NCBI RefSeq assembly: GCF_009914755.1
Contig: NC_060935.1
Length of the DNA stretch: 64,000 nt
From: the human T2T-CHM13v2.0 reference genome, Homo sapiens
Reading direction: 5' to 3' (one strand)
Of the stretch, positions 48,730 to 64,000 are shown piece by piece. The position numbers were made by a program, and so were the translations under genes. Under the pieces are notes generated by a model. It was not told the DNA's origin, did no database searches, and saw only the letters and a program-made list of their open reading frames with translations. Each line of letters opens with the position of its first letter. Position 1 is the first letter of the stretch.

Positions 48730-50107
48730 GTGAGAGCGGCGGGCGCGGGCACCCGGCGGCCGGGGCCGCGGCGCCGGAGGGGCCAGCGCCGCTGCCTGGG
48801 TTCGGTTACAGAAGCGGCCGGCCGCTCCCCCCTCGCTTTCCTGCGCCGCCCCCCAAAGTTGGCAGCCCTTGTGTTTGGCCCTGCCCCGAGGTTGTCCGTT
48901 GAGATTATGTAACTGAACAATGGGCCTCGTCTGGAACTTCATCTTACAAAGGGGCCGATCGGCCCGTCCGGGTGGCCAAGGATTTGCCGCCCGTTGAGTC
49001 CGGGCCGCCCCGAGCGTGTCAGCCCCGAGTGCGGCACCGATAACGCGGTTCGCGAGGATGCTGGAGGGTGCCGGCCCGGCCACCTGACACTCCCGAGCCA
49101 TAGGATGCCTTTTAAACGCGGCGATCGGGCCTGTAATTTGGGCGGCGCGGGCAGAAGGAGTTTAAAGAAAAATAATTGTCCCGCCCTGATCGTGTCGTGT
49201 CGTGTGGCGTGGATGGGGGAAAGGTCTGGGGCATGCAGGGAGACTACGCTTGGACTTGGGAGTAAAGGCTGGCCTTCCAAGCATTTACAGTCCTACAGAC
49301 TCATCCTAAGTCCAGGCAGTACTGAGGCCTGTTTCTGGACAAGGTCTTGGCCCAGCATTTGTTTTTATCGTGGGTTTGCGGTGCCCAGAGTTTGGCCGGC
49401 CTCCGTGTGATTAGGAACATCCTACCGTAGATAAGGTATCTTAAAGAAGGAGGTGTTCAGCACCTGTGTTTTGAAAGGCCTTCGAGTACTGCGCAGATGA
49501 CCACTTTTAAAACTGCAGATTTTAAAGCTGATACTTCCAGAGATTAAGACAAGCCTCGCATTTGTAAGGTTAACAGGGAAGATGCACCTTTTAAAGTGAG
49601 TTTGTTTTGTTTTCAATGTACTGTTTGTCATCAGCCTAGGCAATCTGTGTGCTTTCGAGCTGTACTGTTTATTGGCCGACTTGCTCAAGGCAAAATCCCT
49701 CTGGAAGTGAGGGGAGGAGTCCAGCGGAGGTGGCTATGGAAGCCCTATCTAGATGGGGGAGGGGAGATTTTATGGGGCTCTCGGACTGCTTTCTATTTTT
49801 GGATGGGTTGAAAGAATTTGTTAACTTTTAGCCACTAGAATGAACTTAGTTTTAGGCAGCATTTATATTCTTTTTAGGGTTAGAGGCAGATTTTACTTGG
49901 CTATTTTTTTCAAGAAAAGATAGTTAATATCCAGCTTCAGTCTTCCTAAATTAGCCACAATTTATTTTGCTTGAACTCTAACAAAGGCTTGTGTGTTGCT
50001 TTCACCTACGCATTCAGCCCTATGAAAGGCTCGTTGAAGGTTAGGTTGAGAAGGCTGACTATAGGACTTGGATCCTAAAAATTGTATTTGTATTTTTCTT
50101 TCCCTAG

Positions 50108-50313
50108 AGTTTGCTCTCCAAAGCTCGGGGAATTGATTCCAGCTCTGTTAAACTCCGGGGTAGTTCTCTCTTCATGGATACAGAAAAATCAGGAAAAAGG
50201 GAATTTGATGTGCGACAGACTCCTCAAGTGAATATTAATCCTTTTACTCCGGATTCTTTGTTGCTTCATTCCTCAGGACAGTGTCGTCGTAGAAAGAGAA
50301 CGTATTGGAATGA
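50108..50313 (+). CDS. WEE1: WEE1 exon 2
   Basis: ctag|AGT; SLLSKARG...RRRKRTYWN; GA|gtaagt. Confidence 0.97.
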
Positions 50314-50449
50314 GTAAGTCGTTTATTTAACAGTTTGGTTCTCCAAATAACCTAAGATTGGTTTGGTATACTTATCAAAATTTAGTTCCTATTTAATGGC
50401 ATGGATGTATCTGTCAGATATATTGATAGAAAAATAACATTTTTTTTAG

Positions 50450-50513
50450 TTCCTGTGGTGAAGACATGGAAGCCAGTGATTATGAGCTTGAAGATGAAAC
50501 AAGACCTGCTAAG
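50450..50513 (+). CDS. WEE1: WEE1 exon 3
   Basis: ttag|T; SCGEDMEASDYELEDETRPAK; |gtaaat. Confidence 0.96.
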
Positions 50514-50706
50514 GTAAATAGCTTTTTATTTTTATTTTTTTGAAATTTACTTTTCTGCCACTTAAAGCATGCTATGAATATGTTAATAAGCATTAACACA
50601 TAAGGTAGAATGGTTTTTAAATTTCACACATAGCCCTATCACCATAGCAAGAAATAACTGTTTTCGTATATTTGTATTACATATATGGAAACACTTTTTA
50701 TTACAG

Positions 50707-50879
50707 AGAATTACAATTACTGAAAGCAATATGAAGTCCCGGTATACAACAGAATTTCATGAGCTAGAGAAAATCGGCTCTGGAGAATTTGGTTCTGTAT
50801 TTAAGTGTGTGAAGAGGCTGGATGGATGCATTTATGCCATTAAGCGATCAAAAAAGCCATTGGCGGGCTCTGTTGATGA
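50707..50879 (+). CDS. WEE1: WEE1 exon 4 (kinase G-loop and AIK lysine)
   Basis: [13 protein letters not shown]...IGSGEFGSV...YAIKRSKK; GA|gtatgt. Confidence 0.98.
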
Positions 50880-51361
50880 GTATGTATTAAACATTTTGTC
50901 TTTTGCTCTTTTGTCCCCTATGGTGTTACTAACATTAAGGTTTCAGCTGGTCAAACACTGAATTCCATCTCTAACTTTTGAGAAGCTGTAATGATTTAAT
51001 CAGGTCCTTTTCACTTAATACCATCAGTTCTTATTGGACTTGTTGAATAATATGAGTCTGATTTTGGAACCTAACTTAAATTTCTTATTTCTAGTCAGCA
51101 TCCATGAATTCACAGTAAAATGGAGTTTATTCTTACCTGAGTCCTAGGGCAAGCAACATTTCTTCTTTCTGATAAATCTTTAATGGAATCTGCCTTTGGA
51201 AAAATCTCTTACAAGTCTAAACCCCTTCTCTCTTAAGCAAGTTGCTTTTTAGCATAACAATAGATACCAAAAATTTATTGTATGAAGTTTCAGATAAATT
51301 AATTCAGTTTAAGCTTGAGTGAAAATTATTTACCATTCTATTAATCTCAAATTTCTTCTAG

Positions 51362-51483
51362 GCAGAACGCTTTGAGAGAAGTATATGCTCATGCAGTGCT
51401 TGGACAGCATTCTCATGTAGTTCGATATTTCTCTGCGTGGGCAGAAGATGATCATATGCTTATACAGAATGAATATTGTAATG
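51362..51483 (+). CDS. WEE1: WEE1 exon 5
   Basis: [40 protein letters not shown]; G|gtgagt. Confidence 0.97.
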
Positions 51484-52247
51484 GTGAGTGATGTAATGGT
51501 TTTCTTGTGAGCTTGAGAAAATGAACATCGAGGAAATATTTATGGTTATCTAAAATCTTGCTCTATTTCTGTCACTTTTATCTTTTATAAATTTAAAGAT
51601 CAGAGACCTAACATAAATTTCAAGTACAAGGTTAAAAACCTTGTCCTTTCTGAAGCACCTTGTACATATCTCAGTAGTAGAACTTCGCATACTATTTATG
51701 TGCTTGTCGCTCCAACTGAGCTTTTTGACAAGACTATGGCCTCGACACATATATTTTGGTGTCCGTAGTACCTAGCGTAGTGTGTGAAGCATATAGTATT
51801 ATGAAGTGTTAAGTTGAATAGATTCTTCCTGTGTCTGGTCTTTGATTTCCATTTCATGTGAGGTGCTGCTAAAACTGATGTTTGTTAGTCACTGAGTCTC
51901 TGTTGATCTAAATTCAGCTGTTTCTTTAAGCATTCTGTAGTCCGGCCCTACTCCCACGTATCCAACCTAGTCTACCCTAGAATCCACTAACGCTTTATTA
52001 TGTTACATTCTTTTAGTTCTCTAGCTTGTCGTCTCTCCCTCCTCTCCCCTAAGGATGAAACAAAACAGGCATGTATAGATTCAAGTTTGGATGTCTTGTA
52101 TAGCTTTCAGTTTCGGTAAGTCCTTCAAGGGCCGACTTATGTCTCTCCTTTTCTATTAAAAACCTTTACCAAAGTCTTGGTCAGAATTCTGGTTCTTATG
52201 GACGTCTGTCATTATTATATACCAAATCTTTTATGGATTATTTCTCA

Positions 52248-52351
52248 ACACTTTTGTAGTTTATAAGTGTGATGATTGGGTTTTCATACTCAAGTGTGAA
52301 ATGTGCCTCCCTCAAACCTTGTTACAACATCAGCACATTACCAGTCTGAAA
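52248..52351 (+). pseudogene. U13 (SNORD13) snoRNA retrocopy in WEE1 intron 5
   Basis: CTTTTGTAGTT..GTGATGATTGGG..AACCTTGTTAC..GCACATTACC.GTCTGA is colinear with U13; box C 52269-52275, box D 52346-52349. Confidence 0.88.
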
Positions 52352-53077
52352 TGAAAAATATCTGTAGTTTGTTTCTATTTCTGTATATCTTCTGTGAATA
52401 TAGACAATTTAGAGTTTAGTGAACACTTGAGAGGAGATAACAAAATTTATTTTTGTTGATTCTTATTATTCCTTAAATAAACAAGACCAGTTATCTCATA
52501 ACTTGTAAATAAATAAGTGGTGTAGGTATGGATTCAGGTTCCCCATATTTAAAAACAGTGAACAAAACAGAAGTAAAAGATCCATTTTTCAAACCTGATT
52601 CCTCATTATTTAATAAAGTTCTCCACACTTGAAAGAACTTGAGTGTCTAGTATACAGCCTTGCTGCTAGTTTTTTTCACACAGCTCTTGAAATGTTTCTA
52701 TTCATACCATCAAAATATTTATGTAACTATCACAACCTTATGGATTATTCTATTTCTTAACCTTCATTTTTCAGGTATTGCATTTAACCTAGAACAACTT
52801 GACCACAATGTCGTCTCCATTTGATATTTGCTAGACACCATCTCTTTTCAGTTTCCTTCTTTCTCTTTCTCACCTTCTTGATGTGAATAATTCTCTTAAC
52901 AGAATAGTTCATTAGTAGTCCAGGAATGTCAAATATGTAGCAACCTACCAATACATGGTTGTGTAAATCAGATGATTCTGAGAAAACTCACGTGGGCCTG
53001 GGAGATAGGGAACTGAGTGAGTAGTCTTGCTACCCTCTCAGATTACAAAAACCTTGTCCTGTAATGTTAGATTATAA

Positions 53078-54969
<1,892 letters not shown>

Positions 54970-55119
54970 AATAAATGCATTTCTACTCAATTATACAATG
55001 GAATTCTATAAAGACAAGAAGAAATGGGTTGTCTTTGTATATTGGTATAGAGTGATCTTTAAGATAATGAACATATGCTGTTATTTATGCAAAAAGTTGA
55101 AAAGAATACATAGACCTGA

Positions 55120-55432
55120 GCTGGGCGTGGTGGCAGTGCCTGTAGTCCCAGCTGCTTGGGAGTCTGAAGCAGGGAATTTGAATTTGGGTTTGGGAATTCT
55201 AGGCTGTAGTGCCGATCTATGTTGAGCATCTATGCCGATCTATGCCGATCTAAGTTGAGCATCAGTATGGTGACCTCTGTGGAGTGGGGCACCACCAGGT
55301 TGCCTAAAGAGGGGTAAACTGGCCTAAGTTGGAAACAGCACAAGTCAAAACTCCTATGCTGATAAGTAGTGGGATCAAGCCTGTGAATAGCCACTGGATT
55401 CCAGCTGGGCAACATAGATAGACCCTGTCTCT
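55120..55432 (+). pseudogene. 7SL (SRP RNA) retrocopy with A-rich tail in WEE1 intron 5
   Basis: Alu-domain ends plus S-domain ATGGTGACCTC..ACCACCAGGTTGCCTAA..GTCAAAACTCC..AGTAGTGGGATC..CCTGTGAATAGCCACTG. Confidence 0.92.
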
Positions 55433-55745
55433 TATAAATTAAAAACAAAAACAAACAAAAAAAAAGCCAACCTGATAATACTGGTTTACTCTGAGAAAGA
55501 AACAGGTGGATTGCTGAGGTGTATGATTGAGAGAGAGACTTTACATTTTATTTTGTACCCATGCAAATGTATTACCTATTGAAAAAACAATAAAATTTTG
55601 ATTTCACAAGCAGGTTGAAGGGAGAAGGTCCTATAAAATAACACTTTCTTGGTTGAGATTGGTTGGTTGAGACTCATTTGGTAAAGATGGAAGAAAGAAA
55701 ATATTTCAGAAAGAAGAAAATGCTAATATTTTCTATCTTTGTTAG

Positions 55746-55892
55746 GTGGAAGTTTAGCTGATGCTATAAGTGAAAACTACAGAATCATGAGTTACTTTAA
55801 AGAAGCAGAGTTGAAGGATCTCCTTTTGCAAGTTGGCCGAGGCTTGAGGTATATTCATTCAATGTCTTTGGTTCACATGGATATAAAACCTA
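55746..55892 (+). CDS. WEE1: WEE1 exon 6 (catalytic loop)
   Basis: GSLADAISEN...LVHMDIKP; A|gtaagt. Confidence 0.98.
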
Positions 55893-56068
55893 GTAAGTAT
55901 TGCAGATCTTCTGACCTGTGTTCTTTGGGGTTATAGAGAATAAATTACTTCATTATGACAACATTGAAAAAATATATATCTTCTGTTTTCTCATTGTTAG
56001 TTTTAAAAGGCCTTAGATCCACTTACCAATATTGTTTTATGATTTCTATTCATCTCTTCCCTTGTTAA

Positions 56069-59231
<3,163 letters not shown>

Positions 59232-59408
59232 TTCCCAGCAACTATAACCCTGGTTTCTGTCCCCTGAGATGCTTATTCCATGGGTTTGGGCTAGAACTTG
59301 AGAATCGGCATTTTAAAAAGCATTATGGATGATTCTGGTATATGATCTTGTTTATGAACTCTGGTTTTATTATTATTAGTTTGGCTTACATAATTAACTG
59401 TTTGACAG

Positions 59409-59504
59409 GTAATATTTTCATATCTCGAACCTCAATCCCAAATGCTGCCTCTGAAGAAGGAGACGAAGATGATTGGGCATCCAACAAAGTTATGTTTAAA
59501 ATAG
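59409..59504 (+). CDS. WEE1: WEE1 exon 7
   Basis: NIFISRTSIPNAASEEGDEDDWASNKVMFKI; G|gtaaga. Confidence 0.97.
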   Translation, partial: VIFSYLEPQSQMLPLKKETKMIGHPTKLCLK

Positions 59505-59592
59505 GTAAGAAAGGTAATCAGATTATTACCTTCAGATAAAGAGAAGGCTGTTTTGTTTTTGCTCTTCACTGTAAGTTTTTCAATACTTCTAG

Positions 59593-59678
59593 GTGATCTT
59601 GGGCATGTAACAAGGATCTCCAGTCCACAAGTTGAAGAGGGCGATAGTCGTTTTCTTGCAAATGAAGTTTTACAGGAG
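59593..59678 (+). CDS. WEE1: WEE1 exon 8 (DLG motif, activation segment)
   Basis: [28 protein letters not shown]; |gtaatt. Confidence 0.97.
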
Positions 59679-60599
59679 GTAATTTTTCTTCTCCCTTAAT
59701 CATAGTTTGCTTTGTAACACTTAGCAGTTGATAGAAGAATATAAATTCAGATATATTAAACTTTGAAGTTAACTAATAGAATGGAAATAAAATCTAAACC
59801 GTCATCTGAGGGCATTTAATAAGCAAAAAGTCATGAAGGCAAAGATTTATAATGGAGTTGTCGTAAAAAATATGTTCTCATACACCACTGGTGGAACTTT
59901 ATAATGGCATATCCTTTTTGGAGATCAGAGTATTAGTATTGCATTAATATTTAAAAATCATGTACCCATTGACTCATAATTTTCACTTCTAGGAGTTTTT
60001 CCTATAGAACTATTCATATACAAATACAAGTTGAGAACAGTGTAAATAAGTGTTTACTAATAAGAGAATGATTAAGTAAATTATGGCACATAGTTATTAG
60101 TATGGCCTATAGTTTCAAAAGAGTGTGACAGTATTTCTTGATAAAAATTTTGAATGAAAATAGAATAAGTAGAAAAATATAAAGTGTAATTGTCTGATCC
60201 CATTGCTCTTTGTAAATATGTGTATATATATGTTTGCTTTATCACGTATATGTGTATTTGTAACTTGTCAGTGTGTTTCTACGTGTTTTGTGTTTGCATA
60301 TGAATGCCTAGAGGTAGAGGGATTTCTTTTGAGAGTTGAATTGGGCTGTTGATAAAGAAGAGGCATTTACTCTTATCTATGTGTTTGCATTTTTCCCCCA
60401 AGAGTGTGTATTACTTTGTAATTTAAAAAATAAACATCCTCAAATTTAGCAGTTTATTCTCTGAATAGGTCCCAAACTTAAATGTGGTATTAGACACTTT
60501 GATTAAGTCCTATTTTTCACCTAAGTCATCTTTGAGGTGTAATCTTGTTTTATTTTGACCATGTTTACATTCCTTTAAAAAATTGTTTTAATTTTACAG

Positions 60600-60770
60600 A
60601 ATTATACCCATCTACCAAAAGCAGATATTTTTGCGCTTGCCCTCACAGTGGTATGTGCTGCTGGTGCTGAACCTCTTCCGAGAAATGGAGATCAATGGCA
60701 TGAAATCAGACAGGGTAGATTACCTCGGATACCACAAGTGCTTTCCCAAGAATTTACAGAGTTGCTAAAA
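60600..60770 (+). CDS. WEE1: WEE1 exon 9
   Basis: NYTHLPKADIFALALTVV...EFTELLK; |gtgagc. Confidence 0.97.
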
Positions 60771-60861
60771 GTGAGCATTTTATATATGAAGCCCTTTATT
60801 GACATGGTTCTATATTTTATTAAATGCATGTCTTTACCTTCATTTTACTTTTCTTTTTAAG

Positions 60862-61007
60862 GTTATGATTCATCCAGATCCAGAGAGAAGACCTTCAGCA
60901 ATGGCACTGGTAAAGCATTCAGTATTGCTGTCCGCTTCTAGAAAGAGTGCAGAACAATTACGAATAGAATTGAATGCCGAAAAGTTCAAAAATTCACTTT
61001 TACAAAA
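60862..61007 (+). CDS. WEE1: WEE1 exon 10
   Basis: VMIHPDPERRPSAMAL...KNSLLQ; AA|gtaagt. Confidence 0.97.
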
Positions 61008-61109
61008 GTAAGTGAGGGTTTTATGTTTTCTTTTTGCTTTTTCATTCACTTTAATTCTCAAATTTTAATGAGAGATGATTTAAGCTTTCTGTCAACAAAG
61101 GATGTAGTG

Positions 61110-62360
<1,251 letters not shown>

Positions 62361-62598
62361 TAGCATCTTTACTACTTGTTTTCAAGTATGTGTGATACTG
62401 TAATTCAAAAAGCATAAAATAAAATAATTTCATAAATTTAAGTTGTTTTAATAGAAGCTTCAGTTTCCTGTTTTATTTTTCAATTACATCTTAGAATAAT
62501 GATGGCATGCAAATATCTCCCAATCGACAATATAGTTTGTGTTAGTTTCTTAGAATCTCTTCCTAGGAATAATACCTTGTTTTCTATTTTTATGTCAG

Positions 62599-62752
62599 AG
62601 AACTCAAGAAAGCACAGATGGCAAAAGCTGCAGCTGAGGAAAGAGCACTCTTCACTGACCGGATGGCCACTAGGTCCACCACCCAGAGTAATAGAACATC
62701 TCGACTTATTGGAAAGAAAATGAACCGCTCTGTCAGCCTTACTATATACTGA
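62599..62752 (+). CDS. WEE1: WEE1 exon 11 coding part
   Basis: ELKKAQM...KKMNRSVSLTIY*; total CDS 1941 nt = 646 aa. Confidence 0.97.
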
Positions 62753-63910
62753 GCTACTCCTTTCCCACCTCCCCCTGAACACTGTGACAAGAGGAAGCTA
62801 GGTTGAAATCACTGATAGAATCCAGTTTGCAATTACTTTCTCGATTGGTGTCAGTAGTTTTACTGATTAGGACTTTTATTGTGAATTACAGTTGAAAGCT
62901 GTATTTTGATGATTGCTATGTCAGGCTTTCATCTAATCTTACCAGTCTGTCTTCTGTAGGATGTGTCACTGTTGGATGTTACACCAGCCTTTCCAGGGTT
63001 AACCACTGTGGTGGTGTGCTGCTTATAGTTTGCTGTTGCATTGTAATAAAAGGTGTCTTTCCCTGTAGTGACCTGTAAAAAGTACTCAAGGGCTTTATTA
63101 CAGACATACCCTCCCTTTGAAAAGGGACATGCTAAAAGACTCATTACTACTCAGCCTTCAATGTACCTGTGTGTCCATCTTATATTTCTTTTTTTTTTTT
63201 AATTGTGAATTAGACTTGTATATCCCACTGGGAGCACTTTGTAGGCATTGCATGAACCATGGGATGATGATTCTGTGGAGGTATTGCCTTGTGAATTTGC
63301 TGCTATTTTAGTTTTGTCTTTGCTGTAAACTTGTAGCATTAAACAATCATTGTTGTTAATAGGTCTTCTTTTTGAAACAATTATGTGAAATGTATAGCTG
63401 CTTTTGATGAAAAGCAGCTATTTGCCTTTTTTTTTTTTCCTTTGAACTTTGAAGCTAGTGCATTGGAAAAATGCACCCTTTCCCTCCTTTGGAATGCTGT
63501 ATTAATGTAGTATAATAATTACTGGTTTTGTAACTTGTTCTGGTAATGTCCTTCCCGGACTCTTTTTAAATGTCTCCCCCTAAGTTTTATACTTGATTGT
63601 ATTATTAGTCTGTTTTTAAATGTTTTGCCCGGTTTTTCTCTTCAATATTTGTGTATATAAACCGATCTTCGTGATACTGTACATAGCTGTTTGAAATGCC
63701 AGAATGACTTCTGACATTCCAAGTTTTTCACAAAATATATTTTATCTGTGATTAGCCATTTGACTAATAATACTGGCTAACAGATGTTGAAAAAAATTGT
63801 CTGTTTGTTTTCTCATTAATTTTGGTCTAAAACATGTTTGCACTTGTCTTTGACTTGTGTTTTATTAACATTGATTGGCATATTAAAAGTCACTCTGAGC
63901 TTACCTTAAT
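62753..63910 (+). other. WEE1: WEE1 3'UTR
   Basis: U-rich, repeat-free, many miRNA seed matches; 3' end inferred from the ATTAAA. Confidence 0.8.
63882..63887 (+). terminator. WEE1: WEE1 distal poly(A) signal ATTAAA
   Basis: Variant hexamer followed by GU/U-rich sequence. Confidence 0.65.
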
Positions 63911-64000
63911 TGTCTAAATCCTTGTGATGCCTGTTTTCTAATATTTTATCTCTATTATTGCTATACTATAAAATGTATAGTGTGTATAATGTACTATTAT

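Larger units (their letters stand above)
47020..49400. promoter_or_regulatory. WEE1: CpG island spanning WEE1 promoter, exon 1 and 5' part of intron 1
   Basis: Very high GC and CpG density relative to the flanks. Confidence 0.93.

Noticed and set aside
48730-48912. WEE1 exon 1 frame continuing to a 252-aa ORF
   Set aside because: Read-through past a good GT donor into GC-rich intron 1; the spliced model gives the expected 646 aa
47011-49410. Long overlapping ORFs on both strands (e.g. 350 aa at 48049-49101 -, 206 aa at 47252-47872 +)
   Set aside because: Stop-poor GC-rich CpG-island shadows with low-complexity R/G/P/A content; many lack ATG starts

Overview
Human (or very close primate) genomic DNA, inferred from gene content to be the ZNF143-WEE1 locus (11p15.4). 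It holds the last coding exon and 3'UTR of ZNF143 (+), about 45 kb of repeat-dense intergenic DNA, and the complete 11-exon WEE1 gene (+) with its CpG-island promoter. The WEE1 exons I assembled give 1941 nt = 646 aa, with every intron GT-AG. The intergenic part holds nested MER4-group solo LTRs, a full-length but ORF-disrupted L1PA2/L1PA3-type LINE-1 with a 16-bp TSD, Tigger1 and MER2 pieces, a near-full-length old L1MA carrying a full-length HSMAR1 mariner, and dozens of Alus. WEE1 intron 5 hosts U13 snoRNA and 7SL retrocopies. Almost all ORFs in the supplied track are Alu/L1 read-throughs or GC-rich shadows. I cannot support a genuinely new biological system. The best leads are: (1) an open L1 ORF0/antisense promoter pointing at WEE1 with a donor in phase with WEE1 exon 3; (2) a fold-back inverted duplication at 26.8-27.9 kb; (3) a perfect 26-bp hairpin at 10.7 kb; (4) a TATA/signal-peptide-like sORF/AATAAA arrangement at 9.2-9.7 kb; (5) SETMAR-like features of the HSMAR1 copy. 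Repeat boundaries and subfamily names are by eye and approximate.
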